A stretch of 64,000 bases of DNA, from NCBI RefSeq assembly GCF_037042905.1, contig NC_087247.1:62620001-62684000 (forward strand), read 5' to 3'. Below the pieces are notes generated by a model. It did not search any database. It had not been told where the DNA came from and was given only the letters and a program-made list of their open reading frames with translations. The first letter of the stretch is position 1. Each line of letters starts with the position of its first letter. Shown here in pieces: positions 63,240-64,000 of this stretch. The position numbers were made by a program, and so were the translations under genes. The DNA comes from Lytechinus pictus. Lineage: Eukaryota.

Positions 63240-64000
63240 TACCGTTTCTTTGTGAACTAAGTCGCTACTATTTCAAATCAAATCATTGTTTTGAAGGGTA
63301 GGTTAGAGAGAGATTTCAATTGAGGATTATAACTCATAAGGATCTACCCGCGCCCGCTTCTATACCATGTATATTGGCCGCCCTTGGCCGGACACTGACA
63401 GCCTCGTCCAATTAATTCACTAACCGTAATAACAAGTTCAGGTAGTCAGTCATGTGAAGACTTTGATGAATGATCCTCAAAATGATGAATAGTATTTAGA
63501 TTCTGTTAACAAAGCGAAGAAACCCTTATGTCGGACGCAGTGAAGGATGAAGGGTATATAGAGACGATTCCAAGAGGTTTTCATCTTCACAAATACACTG
63601 AGAAAATCACTTTTAAATTTCGGTCCGTCATCTTCAAGACTATACTAAGGCTTTGTGTTCTAATTTCCTTCTACAAATTCGGGAGTAATTAGCTATGATT
63701 CGCTTTTACGGGACTTTTGATGTAGATGCCTTTTTTCTAATTAGTTGGGTATGTTGTTTCTAACTAACTCGACCCAATTTCTTGTAAAGGCTGCAGTGGC
63801 TCTTCAAGAAACTTAAAAAAAAACGTTACGCCAGTGTTAAAACATTCTCACAAGATCTATGAAATATCACACAGATTTTTTATGAAATGACTGATCTTTA
63901 TGGTCAAATTTGTCTTCATTTTAATTTTTTCTGTATATCTTGTAATACCTGGGAAAACAATCCCCTGGTTATAATGCATAAGTTTGCTTCAATTTGTAAA

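Overview
AT-rich animal genomic DNA with spliceosomal introns, one N gap and dense repeats; the repeat styles suggest a sea urchin/echinoderm (inference). Two divergently transcribed genes can be assembled by hand from splice sites and reading phase. (1) A minus-strand RYBP/YAF2 orthologue (non-canonical PRC1 subunit): 4 coding exons, 48292->30852, 149 aa; the ORF track shows only its last exon in frame. (2) A plus-strand 545-aa non-RD Ser/Thr-type kinase: 7 coding exons, 53998->59529, with the whole catalytic domain in the last exon. A candidate signal-peptide exon at 5325-5400 (-) may belong to a third gene that leaves the window. The rest is non-autonomous DNA transposons (hAT-, Kolobok-, Tc1/mariner-, piggyBac- and Helentron-like), SINEs, a LINE fragment and tandem repeats. 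Best leads: a 175-bp SINE with a 7SL/Alu-domain head and an Alu-positioned B box; a 5.28-kb hAT-type carrier with perfect TIR/TSD in RYBP intron 1 holding a 154-bp DR1-bearing satellite and a promoter-like cassette; the orphan intronless-domain kinase; and TE-borne DR1/DR4 nuclear-receptor arrays. Coordinates were counted by eye and no database searches were run.
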